This document shows positions 30,479 through 40,334 of a stretch of DNA of 64,000 nucleotides, piece by piece. A program made the position numbers and the translations under genes. Under the pieces are notes generated by a model. It was not told the origin of the DNA and made no database searches. It was given only the letters and a program-made list of their open reading frames with translations. The stretch is from an uncultured Alphaproteobacteria bacterium (lineage in GTDB: Bacteria > Pseudomonadota > Alphaproteobacteria > Acetobacterales > Acetobacteraceae). Within the stretch, counting starts at the first letter, position 1. Each line of letters begins with the position of its first letter. The stretch lies in NCBI GenBank assembly GCA_963826975.1, contig CAWGZJ010000005.1, positions 302,959-366,958 of the forward strand, in the 5' to 3' direction.

Positions 30479-31321
30479 ATGCCGCGATGGAGCCGGATGA
30501 TGTGTGGATACTGCATGTGCCCGCGCGTATCGCAAGGTGCGTCGCAACACGTATCGCAACGCGTGTCGCAACACGTATCGCGACGCGGCTTCTGCCGCGC
30601 CGCGGTGGGCACCGCCGCAAGCCTGTCGATCACCCCCGGCCACGCCGCCGATCGCGATGCGCCGGTGGAACCGCGGATCCGCCTGGCCAATACACCGGCG
30701 GACAAACGGGTCATCGCGCTGACCTTCGATTGCTGCCCCGGTGCGTTCGACGCGCGGATCGCAACCGTTCTGATCGCGCAGCGGATCCCCGCAACGATCT
30801 TCGTCACCTGGCTATGGATGCGCCGCAATCCAGACGCGCTCGCGCTGCTGTCGGCGCACGCGGACTTGTTCTCGATCCAAAACCACGGCGAGTTGCACAT
30901 TCCCCCGGTACTGGGCGACCGCACGATATTCGGCATCCGCGTCGCGGGCGACCTGCCCACGATCCGGCGCGAGATCGATCGCGGCGCGCAGGCGATCCGC
31001 TCGGCCACCGGCTCCGCGCCGCGCTGGTATCGCGCCGCCACCGGCTTCTACACACCCAGCGTGATCCCGGAAATCGAGGCCATGGGTTGCGCCATCGGCG
31101 GCTACTCGCTCAGCGCCGACCAGGGCGCGTCGCTACCCGCGGCACGGGTCGCCGCGCGCATGGCGAACGCCAACGGCGGCGACGTGATCGTTGCGCACCT
31201 AAACCAGCCGTCGCGACCCAGCGGTCAAGGCGTGGTCGAAGGCCTGCGCGCGCTACAAAACCAGGGCGTAACGTTCGCGCGGCTTGACCAGGTCGCGACG
31301 ACACCGCCGACTTTCGGCTGA
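30479..31321 (+). CDS. Polysaccharide deacetylase family protein (start uncertain)
   Basis: NodB-homology motifs (TFDCCP, HGELH); upstream alternative starts overlap the GNAT gene. Confidence 0.65.
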   Translation: MPRWSRMMCGYCMCPRVSQGASQHVSQRVSQHVSRRGFCRAAVGTAASLSITPGHAADRDAPVEPRIRLANTPADKRVIALTFDCCPGAFDARIATVLIAQRIPATIFVTWLWMRRNPDALALLSAHADLFSIQNHGELHIPPVLGDRTIFGIRVAGDLPTIRREIDRGAQAIRSATGSAPRWYRAATGFYTPSVIPEIEAMGCAIGGYSLSADQGASLPAARVAARMANANGGDVIVAHLNQPSRPSGQGVVEGLRALQNQGVTFARLDQVATTPPTFG

Positions 31322-31424
31322 GCGCGGCGGCAAGGACCGCGCTGTACGCACCGGCCTCGTAACGGTCACCGCGCCGAACACAGACAAAAGGCCGCGCCGT
31401 TGCCGACGCGGCCCCTGTCCACCG

Positions 31425-32558
31425 TCACGCCGCCTCGCGCGGGCCGAACCGCACAAGCTGCGTCAGCAGCGCATCGAGACCCTGCCCCTCGCCGGTGTGC
31501 AGATCGATCCGACCGACCTTCTCCACCAACCGCTCGAGGCTCTCCAGCTCCTTGAGCCGCAGGAGAAGCGGGTTCTCCTCCATCAACTTGGCGGTGTTCA
31601 GCAGCGACCGCGTCGCCGCGGTCTCCTCCTGCCGGCGGATCAGGTTGGCCTTCGCCGTCCGTTCCGCCTCCACCACCTTGTTCACCAGCTCACGGATTTC
31701 CCCAGGCAGGATCACGTCCTTCACGCCGAGCTCCGTCACCTCGATGCCCGTCTCGCCGAGGCGCTCGCGCACGTAGGCACGCAGCTCCGCGTCGAGCGCG
31801 CTCTTGGCCGACAGCACCTCGTCCAGCGTCCGCGCGGCCACCGCCTCACGGATCGCGAACTGCACCAACCGGTACAGCCACGCATCGACATCCGCGACCG
31901 TGCTCACCGCACGCTCGGGATCGGCGATCCGCCGGAACGCGGTCAAGGTCACCCGCAGCGCGATGCGATCCTTGGTCAGCATCTCCTGCGCGGTGATCTC
32001 CAGCGCCTGCGGCCGCAGGTCTACACGCTTCACCTCGACCTTGCGGTTGACCGTCCAGAAGGCGTGCCGCCCCGGTGCGAGCCGTTCCACCAGCCTGCCC
32101 TCGATGAACAACAGGCCGGCTTCGTGGTTCTCCACCACCGTCTCGGACACGTAAGGAACGCGCGCGCGATCGAGCAACGTCAGGTGCCGCGCGTCCAGCT
32201 TCGGCCGCGCGGCCACGTCGATGCGCTCGACCGTCACCGCGGTCGCGACCTTCCAGAACACCCGCACCTGCCACGGACCCAGCAGATGCGCCGGACGACC
32301 GTCCAGGCTGACGACGGCGACCTCGTTCGCCACCGTCTCCACCGCCTCGAACAGCGCCGCGGCCAGCTCCGGCCGTTCCGCCTTCATCACGGCGTAGCGG
32401 TCCGCCGGGAATTCCGCATGCACCACCTGCAAAGTCTCGACCGTCAGCTCGCGCTTCAGGTCGAGCAGCCGGTGCCGGCCCGGGCCGAGCACGCGTTCAT
32501 ACCCGCCGTTGCGCATCAGCAACGCACGCTCGCCGTCCTTCACCGTCACGCGCAGCAT
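31425..32558 (-). CDS. SPFH / band-7 (slipin) family protein
   Basis: SPFH domain followed by a long coiled-coil C-terminus. Confidence 0.8.
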   Translation of the reverse strand: MLRVTVKDGERALLMRNGGYERVLGPGRHRLLDLKRELTVETLQVVHAEFPADRYAVMKAERPELAAALFEAVETVANEVAVVSLDGRPAHLLGPWQVRVFWKVATAVTVERIDVAARPKLDARHLTLLDRARVPYVSETVVENHEAGLLFIEGRLVERLAPGRHAFWTVNRKVEVKRVDLRPQALEITAQEMLTKDRIALRVTLTAFRRIADPERAVSTVADVDAWLYRLVQFAIREAVAARTLDEVLSAKSALDAELRAYVRERLGETGIEVTELGVKDVILPGEIRELVNKVVEAERTAKANLIRRQEETAATRSLLNTAKLMEENPLLLRLKELESLERLVEKVGRIDLHTGEGQGLDALLTQLVRFGPREAA

Positions 32559-32905
32559 CAGCCGCTGCCTGGTCACGACACATCTCCCATTGTTGGCCGC
32601 ACGGCGGCGCCGCGCGGCGAGGCTGCAAGGCGGAAAGACGGGTTCCGGGCACGCAACTTCCCACAAGACCGGCGGGCCGAGGCTTCAGCCCGTGCGCGGT
32701 CAGGCGCACGCCGTCCGCGACCATGCCGAGGCACGATGCGGCAAGCATGAACCGTCAACCGCGCGCGAGCGGTATCCGCCGCGGCGCAGAGCCGATCTCA
32801 AGGTGTCAGGTTCGAACGAAAGGCCTTTCGGCCAGGCGACCGGACCGCGACTGAAGCGCGCGCCCGGTTCCCTGCAGAGGAATTCAGCGTTACAGGCTGA
32901 ACCGG

Positions 32906-32982
32906 AGCGTTGGAGCGGGATTCGAACCCGCGACACGATGTTTATCAGACATCTGCTCTACCCATCTGAGCTATCCTTTCCG
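32906..32982 (-). tRNA. tRNA-like sequence with Ile(GAT)-type anticodon loop CTGATAA, good D- and T-arms, but the acceptor stem does not pair as read
   Basis: Minus-strand GGATAGCTCAGATGGGTAGAGCAGATGTCTGATAAACATCGTGTCGCGGGTTCGAATCCCGCTCCAACGC; D-arm GCTC/GAGC and T-arm GCGGG-TTCGAAT-CCCGC are canonical. Confidence 0.4.
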
Positions 32983-33058
32983 AGCAATCGACCGGACTCG
33001 AACCGATATTCCCGGGACAATCCCGGTGCTCTGCCCTTGAGCTACGACCACACCCTTC
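32983..33058 (-). tRNA. Second tandem tRNA-like sequence (canonical D-arm and GGTTCGAGTCC T-arm, atypical anticodon arm, GU-rich acceptor)
   Basis: Minus-strand GTGGTCGTAGCTCAAGGGCAGAGCACCGGGATTGTCCCGGGAATATCGGTTCGAGTCCGGTCGATTGCT. Confidence 0.3.
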
Positions 33059-33278
33059 GAACAGCGGAACACGAAAGCGCACAGCGCCTCGCGCCAGCCG
33101 GGATCTCACGAGCCCGGACACGGGGCTGAACGACGGGAGCGGCCGTATGGCGGAGATGATTTCACAATGCAAGAGAAAAAACGCGGGGCAAGAGAAAAAA
33201 CGCGGGGCAAGAGAAAAAATGCGGGACGACGCAATCGACAAAAAACGACCCTCGCACAAGGCAACGTTGTCCGCCGCA

Positions 33279-33605
33279 CTACCCGCCGGAACCAGCCTCG
33301 ATCGCCTGGATCACCTCGAACCCCTCGAACTCGGGATGCCCGAGATACAGCGGCCAATTCTGCCCGGCATCCCGATGCGCGGCGCGAAACGCCTCCGACC
33401 GTGTCCAGGCCTCGAACTCCGCTTTGCCGCGCCACAGCGTGTGCGAGGCATACAGCACATGATCGTCGCGTTCCGGCCCACGCAGCAGGTGAAACGCAAC
33501 AAATCCCTCCACCTCCCGCAGATGCGTATCACGCAAGGCCCAAACCTGCTCGAACGCCGCCTCCGAGCCGCGGACGACCTTGAAACAATTCATGGCAATG
33601 AACAT
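33279..33605 (-). CDS. Antibiotic biosynthesis monooxygenase (ABM/Dabb) family protein
   Basis: MFIAMNCFKVVRGSEAAFEQVW... ferredoxin-like ABM fold signature. Confidence 0.55.
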   Translation of the reverse strand: MFIAMNCFKVVRGSEAAFEQVWALRDTHLREVEGFVAFHLLRGPERDDHVLYASHTLWRGKAEFEAWTRSEAFRAAHRDAGQNWPLYLGHPEFEGFEVIQAIEAGSGG

Positions 33606-33755
33606 CGGGCACCTCCGATGACAGTACACCTCTCCCGCGCTTGCGGGAGAGGTCGCGGAGTACTTACGACGCGGGTGAGGGTAGTCCACGCGAAACCACA
33701 GCACCCCTCACCGTCCCGGTTCAACCCCGCGACGGCGAGGGGCGTCAGCAAAACC

Positions 33756-35415
33756 TCAGCTATGCCAACGGAACTCCTGCGGCTTCCGCGCCGAGCCCAG
33801 ACTGAGCTTGACGTTGACCAGCGCCGGCCCCCTGAAGTTCATCGCCTCATCCAGCGCACCGCGCAGGTCCTTCGGGTCCTCGACATAGAACCCCTTGCCG
33901 CCGAACGCCTCCATCATCAGGTCGTAACGAGCGCCCCAGATCAGCGAGTTCGGCCGCATATTCAGCATCGGGTTGTGCGGAATTTCCTCCATCCCCGGCC
34001 CGATGCCGCCGTTGTTGAACACGACGATCTTCGCCGGCATTCCGTAACGACACAGCGTCTCCATCTCCATGCCGGAGAAGCCGATCGCCGAGTCCCCCGA
34101 GACGTGCACCACCGGCCGATCAGGATGCACGACGCACGCGGCGATGACGATACCCAGGCCGACGCCCATCGTGCCATAGCTGCCGGCGTCCAACCGCGAG
34201 CGCGGCAGGAAATTCGGCAACTGAGTGCGGCCGATATCCATCGTGCTGGCGCCCTCGCTGCAAACGATCGCGTTCTTCGGCGTCCAGGCCGCGACATCGC
34301 GCAACAGCCGATAGTAGCCGCCCGGCGCCGAGTTCATCGGCGATCTGCGGCGCGATCAGCGCAGCGTTTTCAGCCGACTTCTTGGTGATCGCCGCGCGCC
34401 ACGGCGTCTCCTTCGGATAGAACCACTGACGGCTTTCCAGCGCCTTGTTCAACTGCCCCACGATCGCCTTGCCGTCACCGCACAGCGCGACCTCGGCCGG
34501 CTTGTTCTGGTGCATCGCTTCCGGTTCGATATCGAGCTGAATGACCCGCACATCCTTGTTGTAGCGCGGCGGCAGGCCGAAATGCATGATCCAGTTGAAG
34601 CGCGCGCCCATCAGGAACACCACATCGGCCTGTTGCAACGCCAGGCTGCGTGACGCGCCGACCGATAGCGGGTGGTCGTCGGGCATCACGCCCTTGCCCA
34701 TGGGCGAGGCCAGGAACGGCACTTGTGTGCGCTCGATGAACGCGCGCACCTCGTCCTCGGCACGCGAGAAGGCCATGCCTTTGCCGATGATCACCAGCGG
34801 CCGCTCGGCCGATTGCAGCACGTCCAGCGCCTGCTCGACGTATTGCGGCATCGTCTGGATGCGCGGCGGCTCCGGGCATTTCGCGACCTGCATCGCCTTG
34901 TCCACGTCACAGCCGCCGGTGATGATGTCGTCCGCGATGTCAAGATAGGTGGCGCCCGGCCGGCCGTAGATCGATTGCCTGACCGCCATCTCGACGTAGA
35001 ACGGGATGCGGTGCACGTGCTCGATGCCGTGCGCCCATTTGCACAGCGGCGTCGCGGCCAGAACCTGGCGCTCTTCCTGGAAGGCGCCCATGCCGTTGCG
35101 GTAGGTTTCCGATGCGCCGCCGATCAACAGCATCGGCCAGCAATTCTGCTGCGCATTCGCCAGGCCAGCCAGACCGTGGATGACGCCCGGACCGGTCACG
35201 ACGATGCACGAGCCCGGGCGCCCCGTCAGGTAGCCGACGGCACCGGCGGCGTACGACGCGGTCTGCTCGTTGCGCATCCCGATATAGGGGAGGCCAACCT
35301 TCTGCGCTGCCTCGGCGAGCGGACCCACCGGGAACCCCACCACGCCGAACATGAATTGCACGCCTTGTTCCTTGAGGCTTTTCGCCAGCAAGTCAGCGCC
35401 TTTGATCTCAGCCAT
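33756..35415 (-). pseudogene. oxc: Oxalyl-CoA decarboxylase (ThDP-dependent), split by a single frameshift near 34330-34390
   Basis: N-terminal 431-aa ORF (34120..35415) and C-terminal 193-aa ORF (33756..34337) together match full-length Oxc; the junction is ...ENAALIAPQIADE / MNSAPGGYYRLL. Confidence 0.75.
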
Positions 35416-35848
35416 GTTTCCTCCTGTCAGCGGGCGGTTACGATCGGGCCCGTTACGAAAAACTCCGAACGACGATCACATTACGCATATTTGGCTCCGC
35501 GGCAACTCGAGGCGCCCCCCGGGGAGAGTCCAAGGTCGAAAAGCCGCGCGGCCCGGCCCGCATCCAGGCGCGGAACCCGTAAGAACAGGCTGTCGTTCGA
35601 GCGCCGGCCGAGCGTGCGGGCCGGCGTGGCGTATCCGATTGTGACACCGATCCGACGCACCATGTCGCGAAGAATGCGCAGCATGGTCGCGCGCGCGACC
35701 ATTCGCAGACCACGGTCATCGTGGGATTAGTAGTAATACCCGGTGTCCGAATGATCGACCGTCGGCGATACACACACCGTCATGCCGGCGAAAGCCGATA
35801 TCCACGCCTTTTTCGGTTCTTCGCTGATTTGTGTGAGTAGCAACGAGT

Positions 35849-36064
35849 TCAGACTGGCAGCCTGAGATCAAGCTTTCCGGCGAGTGGATAGACCATGGGC
35901 TTGAGGTTCCTGGTTGAGCGATAGCCGCGCGCCTTTGCCTTGGCGGCCTGAACGAGGCTGTTGATGCCTTCGATCCGACCGTTGGCGATCTTGCTATCGA
36001 ACCAACGCAGGATGCCGTCCCAGTGGTGCTTGACGGTGTGTGCTGCATCGCCAGGTTCCAGCAA
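35849..36064 (-). pseudogene. ISL3 family transposase C-terminal fragment
   Basis: HWDGILRWFDSKIANGRIEGINSLVQAAKAKARGYRSTRN matches the conserved ISL3 transposase C-terminus; no upstream remainder. Confidence 0.6.
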
Positions 36065-36197
36065 TTCCCAATAGGCCTCGGCATCCCGTAGTGTCTCAGC
36101 ATCAAACTAAAGACTGCTGATACCCGGAAGTTTTCCTATTTGCCTTCCGGTAAGCGCGCCGCGGTCTCGACGCAGTAGGCGATCTGGGCGCCCGAGG

Positions 36198-36866
36198 TCA
36201 CTCCTTCCGCACGATCCATTTCGGTCCCGCGACGCGGAGCGGCGCGGCGATCGACAAGGAAAACTCGTCCGCAGCCTTGACGACGCCCGGCCAACTCGGG
36301 CCGTAATCGTCGCCCATCAGACTGCCGCCGGGCGCAAGGATTTTCCAGTAGGCCCGCGCATCTGCCAGGACGGCTTCATAGTCGTGCGCGGCATCAATGT
36401 GGATCAGGTTGGGCCGGATGCCCGCGTGCCAAAGCAACTCCGCAGCGCCCGTCGAGGCTTGTGCCAGCGGCACCACTCTGTCCTGCATGCGCGAGCGCAC
36501 CACGTTGGACAGGAACTGCTCGTACAGCATGGGGCGCCCGAACTGGCGCGGGATCAAATCGAAGAACCGCCTGCCGGGCATGCAGTGTTCAGGGCTGCCG
36601 AGGAACGTATCAACTGCGATCACGGCGCCGTCGATCTCGCGCTTGCGCATCAGGTCCGCCAGGAACAGCGTCGATGCGCCCTTCCAGACGCCGACATCGA
36701 CGATGATGCCAGGCCGCGTCTCGGCAACGATTTCCTCGAACACGGGCGAGGTCGAGTTCCATCCTTGCAGGTCCAGCGCGAATGTCGGCACGAAGCCGGC
36801 GTAGATATCGGCGCCATGCAGCTTTTGCATGACATCGGCGGCGCGGGTAGTTTGTTCGGGATCCAT
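36198..36866 (-). CDS. Class I SAM-dependent methyltransferase (O-methyltransferase-like)
   Basis: GIIVDVGVWKGASTLFLA SAM-binding motif. Confidence 0.7.
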   Translation of the reverse strand: MDPEQTTRAADVMQKLHGADIYAGFVPTFALDLQGWNSTSPVFEEIVAETRPGIIVDVGVWKGASTLFLADLMRKREIDGAVIAVDTFLGSPEHCMPGRRFFDLIPRQFGRPMLYEQFLSNVVRSRMQDRVVPLAQASTGAAELLWHAGIRPNLIHIDAAHDYEAVLADARAYWKILAPGGSLMGDDYGPSWPGVVKAADEFSLSIAAPLRVAGPKWIVRKE

Positions 36867-36976
36867 GTAGATCTCTCCAATGGTCAATTTAGCCGGGATC
36901 GGCGGGGCTTCCACACACCGCCGGCCCCAATCTATATGCGGAGATTGATAATGAGCAGAGATGGCGACGGCGCGCT

Positions 36977-37167
36977 AGCCCGCATTTCTCACACTGTTGC
37001 GGGATGATGGCCCAGGGCAGTGTCGGGCATTGTCGCGCCAGCAGGTTTTCGCGCCGCCGCCAATACCGGGTGTATTCGCCCAATGGGTACATGAGCAACG
37101 TGCGAAAACCTGTTGGCGCGGCAAGGACCAAGCCAGCACCCGCGAGAGTGTGAGAAATGCGCGCTAG
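36977..37167. repeat. MITE family E copy 1 (~190 bp; TIRs GCCCGCATTTCTCACACTGTTGCGGG / CCCGCGAGAGTGTGAGAAATGCG)
   Basis: Second copy in opposite orientation at 62080-62256. Confidence 0.8.
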
Positions 37168-37472
37168 TGGCCTGAAGTCGATCACAACGTTGGGTATAGC
37201 CTCTTCAGTTTGATGCGAGCGTTGGCGGTGGTGAACTGCCAATCGGCTTTGGCGTGGTTCTTGTTGCGATCGTCCTCCCAGGCGGCGACTTCCTCGATCA
37301 GGGTCTGCTTGTCGGCGATGCGCCGGTGTTGCCTGACGACGCTTTCAGTCCCTCGACACCGGCTTAGATGGCTGGCTATGTATGGGGCGTTAGGGCATTC
37401 TCGCGCGTTCGGTGGGCACACGGGGCAAGTTCAGTCTCGCCTGATCTGCAATGCACAAGGGGGGAACAAGCC

Positions 37473-37712
37473 ATGAGCTTCACCGACATCTCGCCCGACG
37501 CCCTGCGCATCGAGGCCGTAGCCAAGCGGCTGTGCCATCTGATGACCGTGAACAATCACGGGCGCCCCTGCCGCGTCGAGATGGACGGCTCGGGCCGGTT
37601 CGACTGCGCCTGCGGCCAGTGGCGTCGCGCCATGGATTGGGCCGCCACCATTGTCCGCGCGCACGATGCTGTGGACCCGCTGCGCATGTTCTGCAAGCCG
37701 CCGTCTGAATAA
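37473..37712 (+). CDS. Small hypothetical protein (MSFTDISPDALRIEAVAKRLCHLMTVNNHGRPCRVEMDGSGRFDCACGQWRRAMDW...)
   Basis: ORF with Cys/His-rich segment in the accessory patch; weak. Confidence 0.25.
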   Translation: MSFTDISPDALRIEAVAKRLCHLMTVNNHGRPCRVEMDGSGRFDCACGQWRRAMDWAATIVRAHDAVDPLRMFCKPPSE

Positions 37713-38011
37713 CGATCACGCCGGCCGAGGTCGCGCAGACATACGCGGCGCCTTCGGCTGTGCGACTGCCTTGCGAATCCATAACGATGTCGGAATGAGA
37801 CTTGACGCCAGGCGATGCTTGCGAGTCAACGCGACCATGACGTGCCTCGGCGGTTCCCTCGCGGCCGCATTGCTGGTAGATTGCCCCAGAACTTTATGAG
37901 GTCTCTGGCGCCAGAAGGCGGCCAAACACGCGGCAAGGGGAGTTACACGGCCGGTCGAACGTCGATCATCATCGGCAATGCAGGGAATGTGGGTTTCGAG
38001 TTCGAAGAGGT

Positions 38012-38944
38012 TTGCAGGTGATGCCGGATGACCCATTGTCACAAACGGGACAGGCGCTCTGGGCGGAAGTGTTGGTGCGATTCCCGGACCCAGCCGCGGC
38101 ATGCCCGCGTGCGGCCACGATGCTGCAACGGTTCGATGAAGCGGGAGACGTCCTTCGGCAGGCGATGGAGCTGTTGCCAACTAATCGGAGTGTGATCTTT
38201 GCGCACGCGGAACTTGCGACGCGCCGCAACGACTGGGCTGGTGCCTTGGCGTGCCGGAACTCGCGGCATGGCTTTGCCCAGGCGCTCACCGTTCGCACCG
38301 GGTGGCCGCTTGATGTGTCTGGGCCGGAATGGTTCTTGAGAATGACTTCAGCACGGGAGAGTCTGATGATCGGTCCGATTGCCTATGATGTAGGAATGAA
38401 CAACGGGGATGACAGTGACTACTATCTCAAGAAGGGTTACAACGTCGTCGGAATAGATGCCAATCCGATTGTGTGCGAACAGGCGGCACGTCGTTTCGAT
38501 GTTGGTATCAAGGCGGGTAGGATCACCATCCTGAACCTTGGTGTAGGGTCGCAGCCGGGGCGCATGACCTTCTACGTCCACAAAGGACATTCGGTCCTCA
38601 GCACGTTTTGTCCGGAGCAGATCTTGTCAGGCGATAAGAACGATCTCAATCCAGAGGTATGGCAGCCAATCGACGTAGAGGTTCGACGTCTGTCGGATAT
38701 CGTGCGTTTCTTTGGTACCGGAGAATATATCAAGATTGATGTAGAGGGATTTGATGTCGTCGCTCTGAAGGATCTGAACGTGAATAAAATCTACCCGAAG
38801 TATATATCGGCTGAGGCGCACCAGGTAGATACATTCTGCCATCTGGTTGCCATGGGCTACACGGAATTCAAGTTCGTTCAGGGTGCGACCGGTACCACAC
38901 CCTGTTCAGCGACCACGAAATCGGCTTGCTCGGAGGTGGGGTGA
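38012..38944 (+). CDS. FkbM family methyltransferase with N-terminal helical (TPR-like) extension
   Basis: AYDVGMNNGDDSDYYLKKGYNVVGIDANP...IKIDVEGFDVVAL; the gene body is markedly lower GC than its surroundings. Confidence 0.7.
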   Translation: MQVMPDDPLSQTGQALWAEVLVRFPDPAAACPRAATMLQRFDEAGDVLRQAMELLPTNRSVIFAHAELATRRNDWAGALACRNSRHGFAQALTVRTGWPLDVSGPEWFLRMTSARESLMIGPIAYDVGMNNGDDSDYYLKKGYNVVGIDANPIVCEQAARRFDVGIKAGRITILNLGVGSQPGRMTFYVHKGHSVLSTFCPEQILSGDKNDLNPEVWQPIDVEVRRLSDIVRFFGTGEYIKIDVEGFDVVALKDLNVNKIYPKYISAEAHQVDTFCHLVAMGYTEFKFVQGATGTTPCSATTKSACSEVG

Positions 38945-39448
38945 CGAGGCACGCATTCCCCGGGCACTCCGCGGGGCCGTTCGGGGAGGACATTCCTGGT
39001 CCTTGGCTAGACAAGAAGACGATCCTTGCGTTATGGCAGCAGCGTGGAGGGGGATGGTGTGACCTCCACGCGCGCATGTCGCCGGTCAGTCCAGAATGAT
39101 GTTGCCATGGGCTCCTGGCCGGATATCCGCATAATTCGATACGGAATGCGGCTAGTCACGCCACGTCCTTGATTTTGGCGCCAATCCCCAAATCGATGTC
39201 TCCGCACTGTCGGAGACGTATCGTGACCGCGAAACAAACCGCCACAAAGAATGGTTCTTTGCTTCGACAAAGGCAAGCCGTGAATACCGGCCGGAATCTG
39301 TCCCCTGCGCAGGCGGGGGGTTCGTCGTCATCACGCAACGACGCGTGAACGCCGTCGCCAAATCGCAACAAAGGCGGGGCGAGAAGCCGCGGCCCCCCGC
39401 CCCGCCCCGAACTGCGGCGCAAAGCCGAACGCTGCCGCACGGGTCGCT

Positions 39449-39757
39449 TCAGAGCACCGAATACTGCATCCGTTCGCGCCGCGTCAGCTTCGGCAACCCC
39501 TGCTCCAGCACCAACGACTTGAAGTGCGCTGTCTGCTGGTGCGCCGCAAACGCCGCCTCATCCTCGAACAGCTCATAGAACAGGAAATGCCCGGGATTCG
39601 CCGCACCACGATGCACCAGAAACAGTTTCACCCTCGGTTCATTGCGCGCCGCTTCGCCCAGCCGCGCGAGGATCCCCGCCACCGCGTCCTCCTCGCCCGC
39701 CTTCGCTTCCCAGATCGCCGAGATCGCGACCCCGCTCGTGTATTGCTGTGACTGCAT
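39449..39757 (-). CDS. ABM-domain putative monooxygenase (YgiN-like)
   Basis: ~100-aa ABM fold sequence. Confidence 0.65.
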   Translation of the reverse strand: MQSQQYTSGVAISAIWEAKAGEEDAVAGILARLGEAARNEPRVKLFLVHRGAANPGHFLFYELFEDEAAFAAHQQTAHFKSLVLEQGLPKLTRRERMQYSVL

Positions 39758-39892
39758 GGTGTCCTCCTGTCGTGCATGACCACGCCACGGACCCTAGTCG
39801 CTATGCGGCGGCTTATGTTTCGGGCAACGCCGAACCAAGCGGTATCGCAGCACGCTTGGCGTCAGGCTGTTCCATCTGGCATACAGCGTCGC

Positions 39893-40114
39893 ATGACCAG
39901 CAGCATCGTCAGACGTTCAACGATCACTTGCCCGCGGTGCGGCACATCGAAGGCCGAGACGATGCCGACCGACGCCTGCCAGTTCTTTTATGATTGCAGC
40001 GGTTGCGGCACGCTGCTGCGCCCGCTTCCTGGCGATTGTTGCGTATTCTGCTCATTCGGCGACATGCCGTGCCCGCCGATCCAGTGCGGCGGCGGCAAGG
40101 GCAGCGCTGCCTGA
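39893..40114 (+). CDS. Small zinc-ribbon protein (CPRCGTSKAE...CSGCGTLLRPLPGDCCVFCSFGDMPCPP)
   Basis: Two CxxC pairs plus a conserved GDCCVFCSFG motif. Confidence 0.45.
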   Translation: MTSSIVRRSTITCPRCGTSKAETMPTDACQFFYDCSGCGTLLRPLPGDCCVFCSFGDMPCPPIQCGGGKGSAA

Positions 40115-40146
40115 TCCACCATTCGCCCGCGGAAATACGTGTCCTC

Positions 40147-40256
40147 GATAACTATTAGCAATAAAGAATCACCACAGAGGCACAGAGACACGGAGAAGAA
40201 CATCAAGTCGATCACTTGGCTTTTCTGCTCCGTGTCTCCGTGTCTCCGTGGTGATT
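40147..40256. repeat. MITE family C, copy 5 (ends in a T-run)
   Basis: GATAACTATTAGCAATAAAGAATCACCACAGAGGCACAGAGACACGGAG...CTCCGTGTCTCCGTGTCTCCGTGGTGATTTTCTG. Confidence 0.75.
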
Positions 40257-40334
40257 TTCTGCTTACGGACATGCGGCCCGGTACCGATTCCGGCAAGCAC
40301 TGCCTGACACCACCCGCGCGCCCGCAGGCGCCCG

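Noticed and set aside
31284-32750. 488-aa plus-strand ORF
   Set aside because: It is antisense to the SPFH/band-7 gene, which has clear domain architecture.
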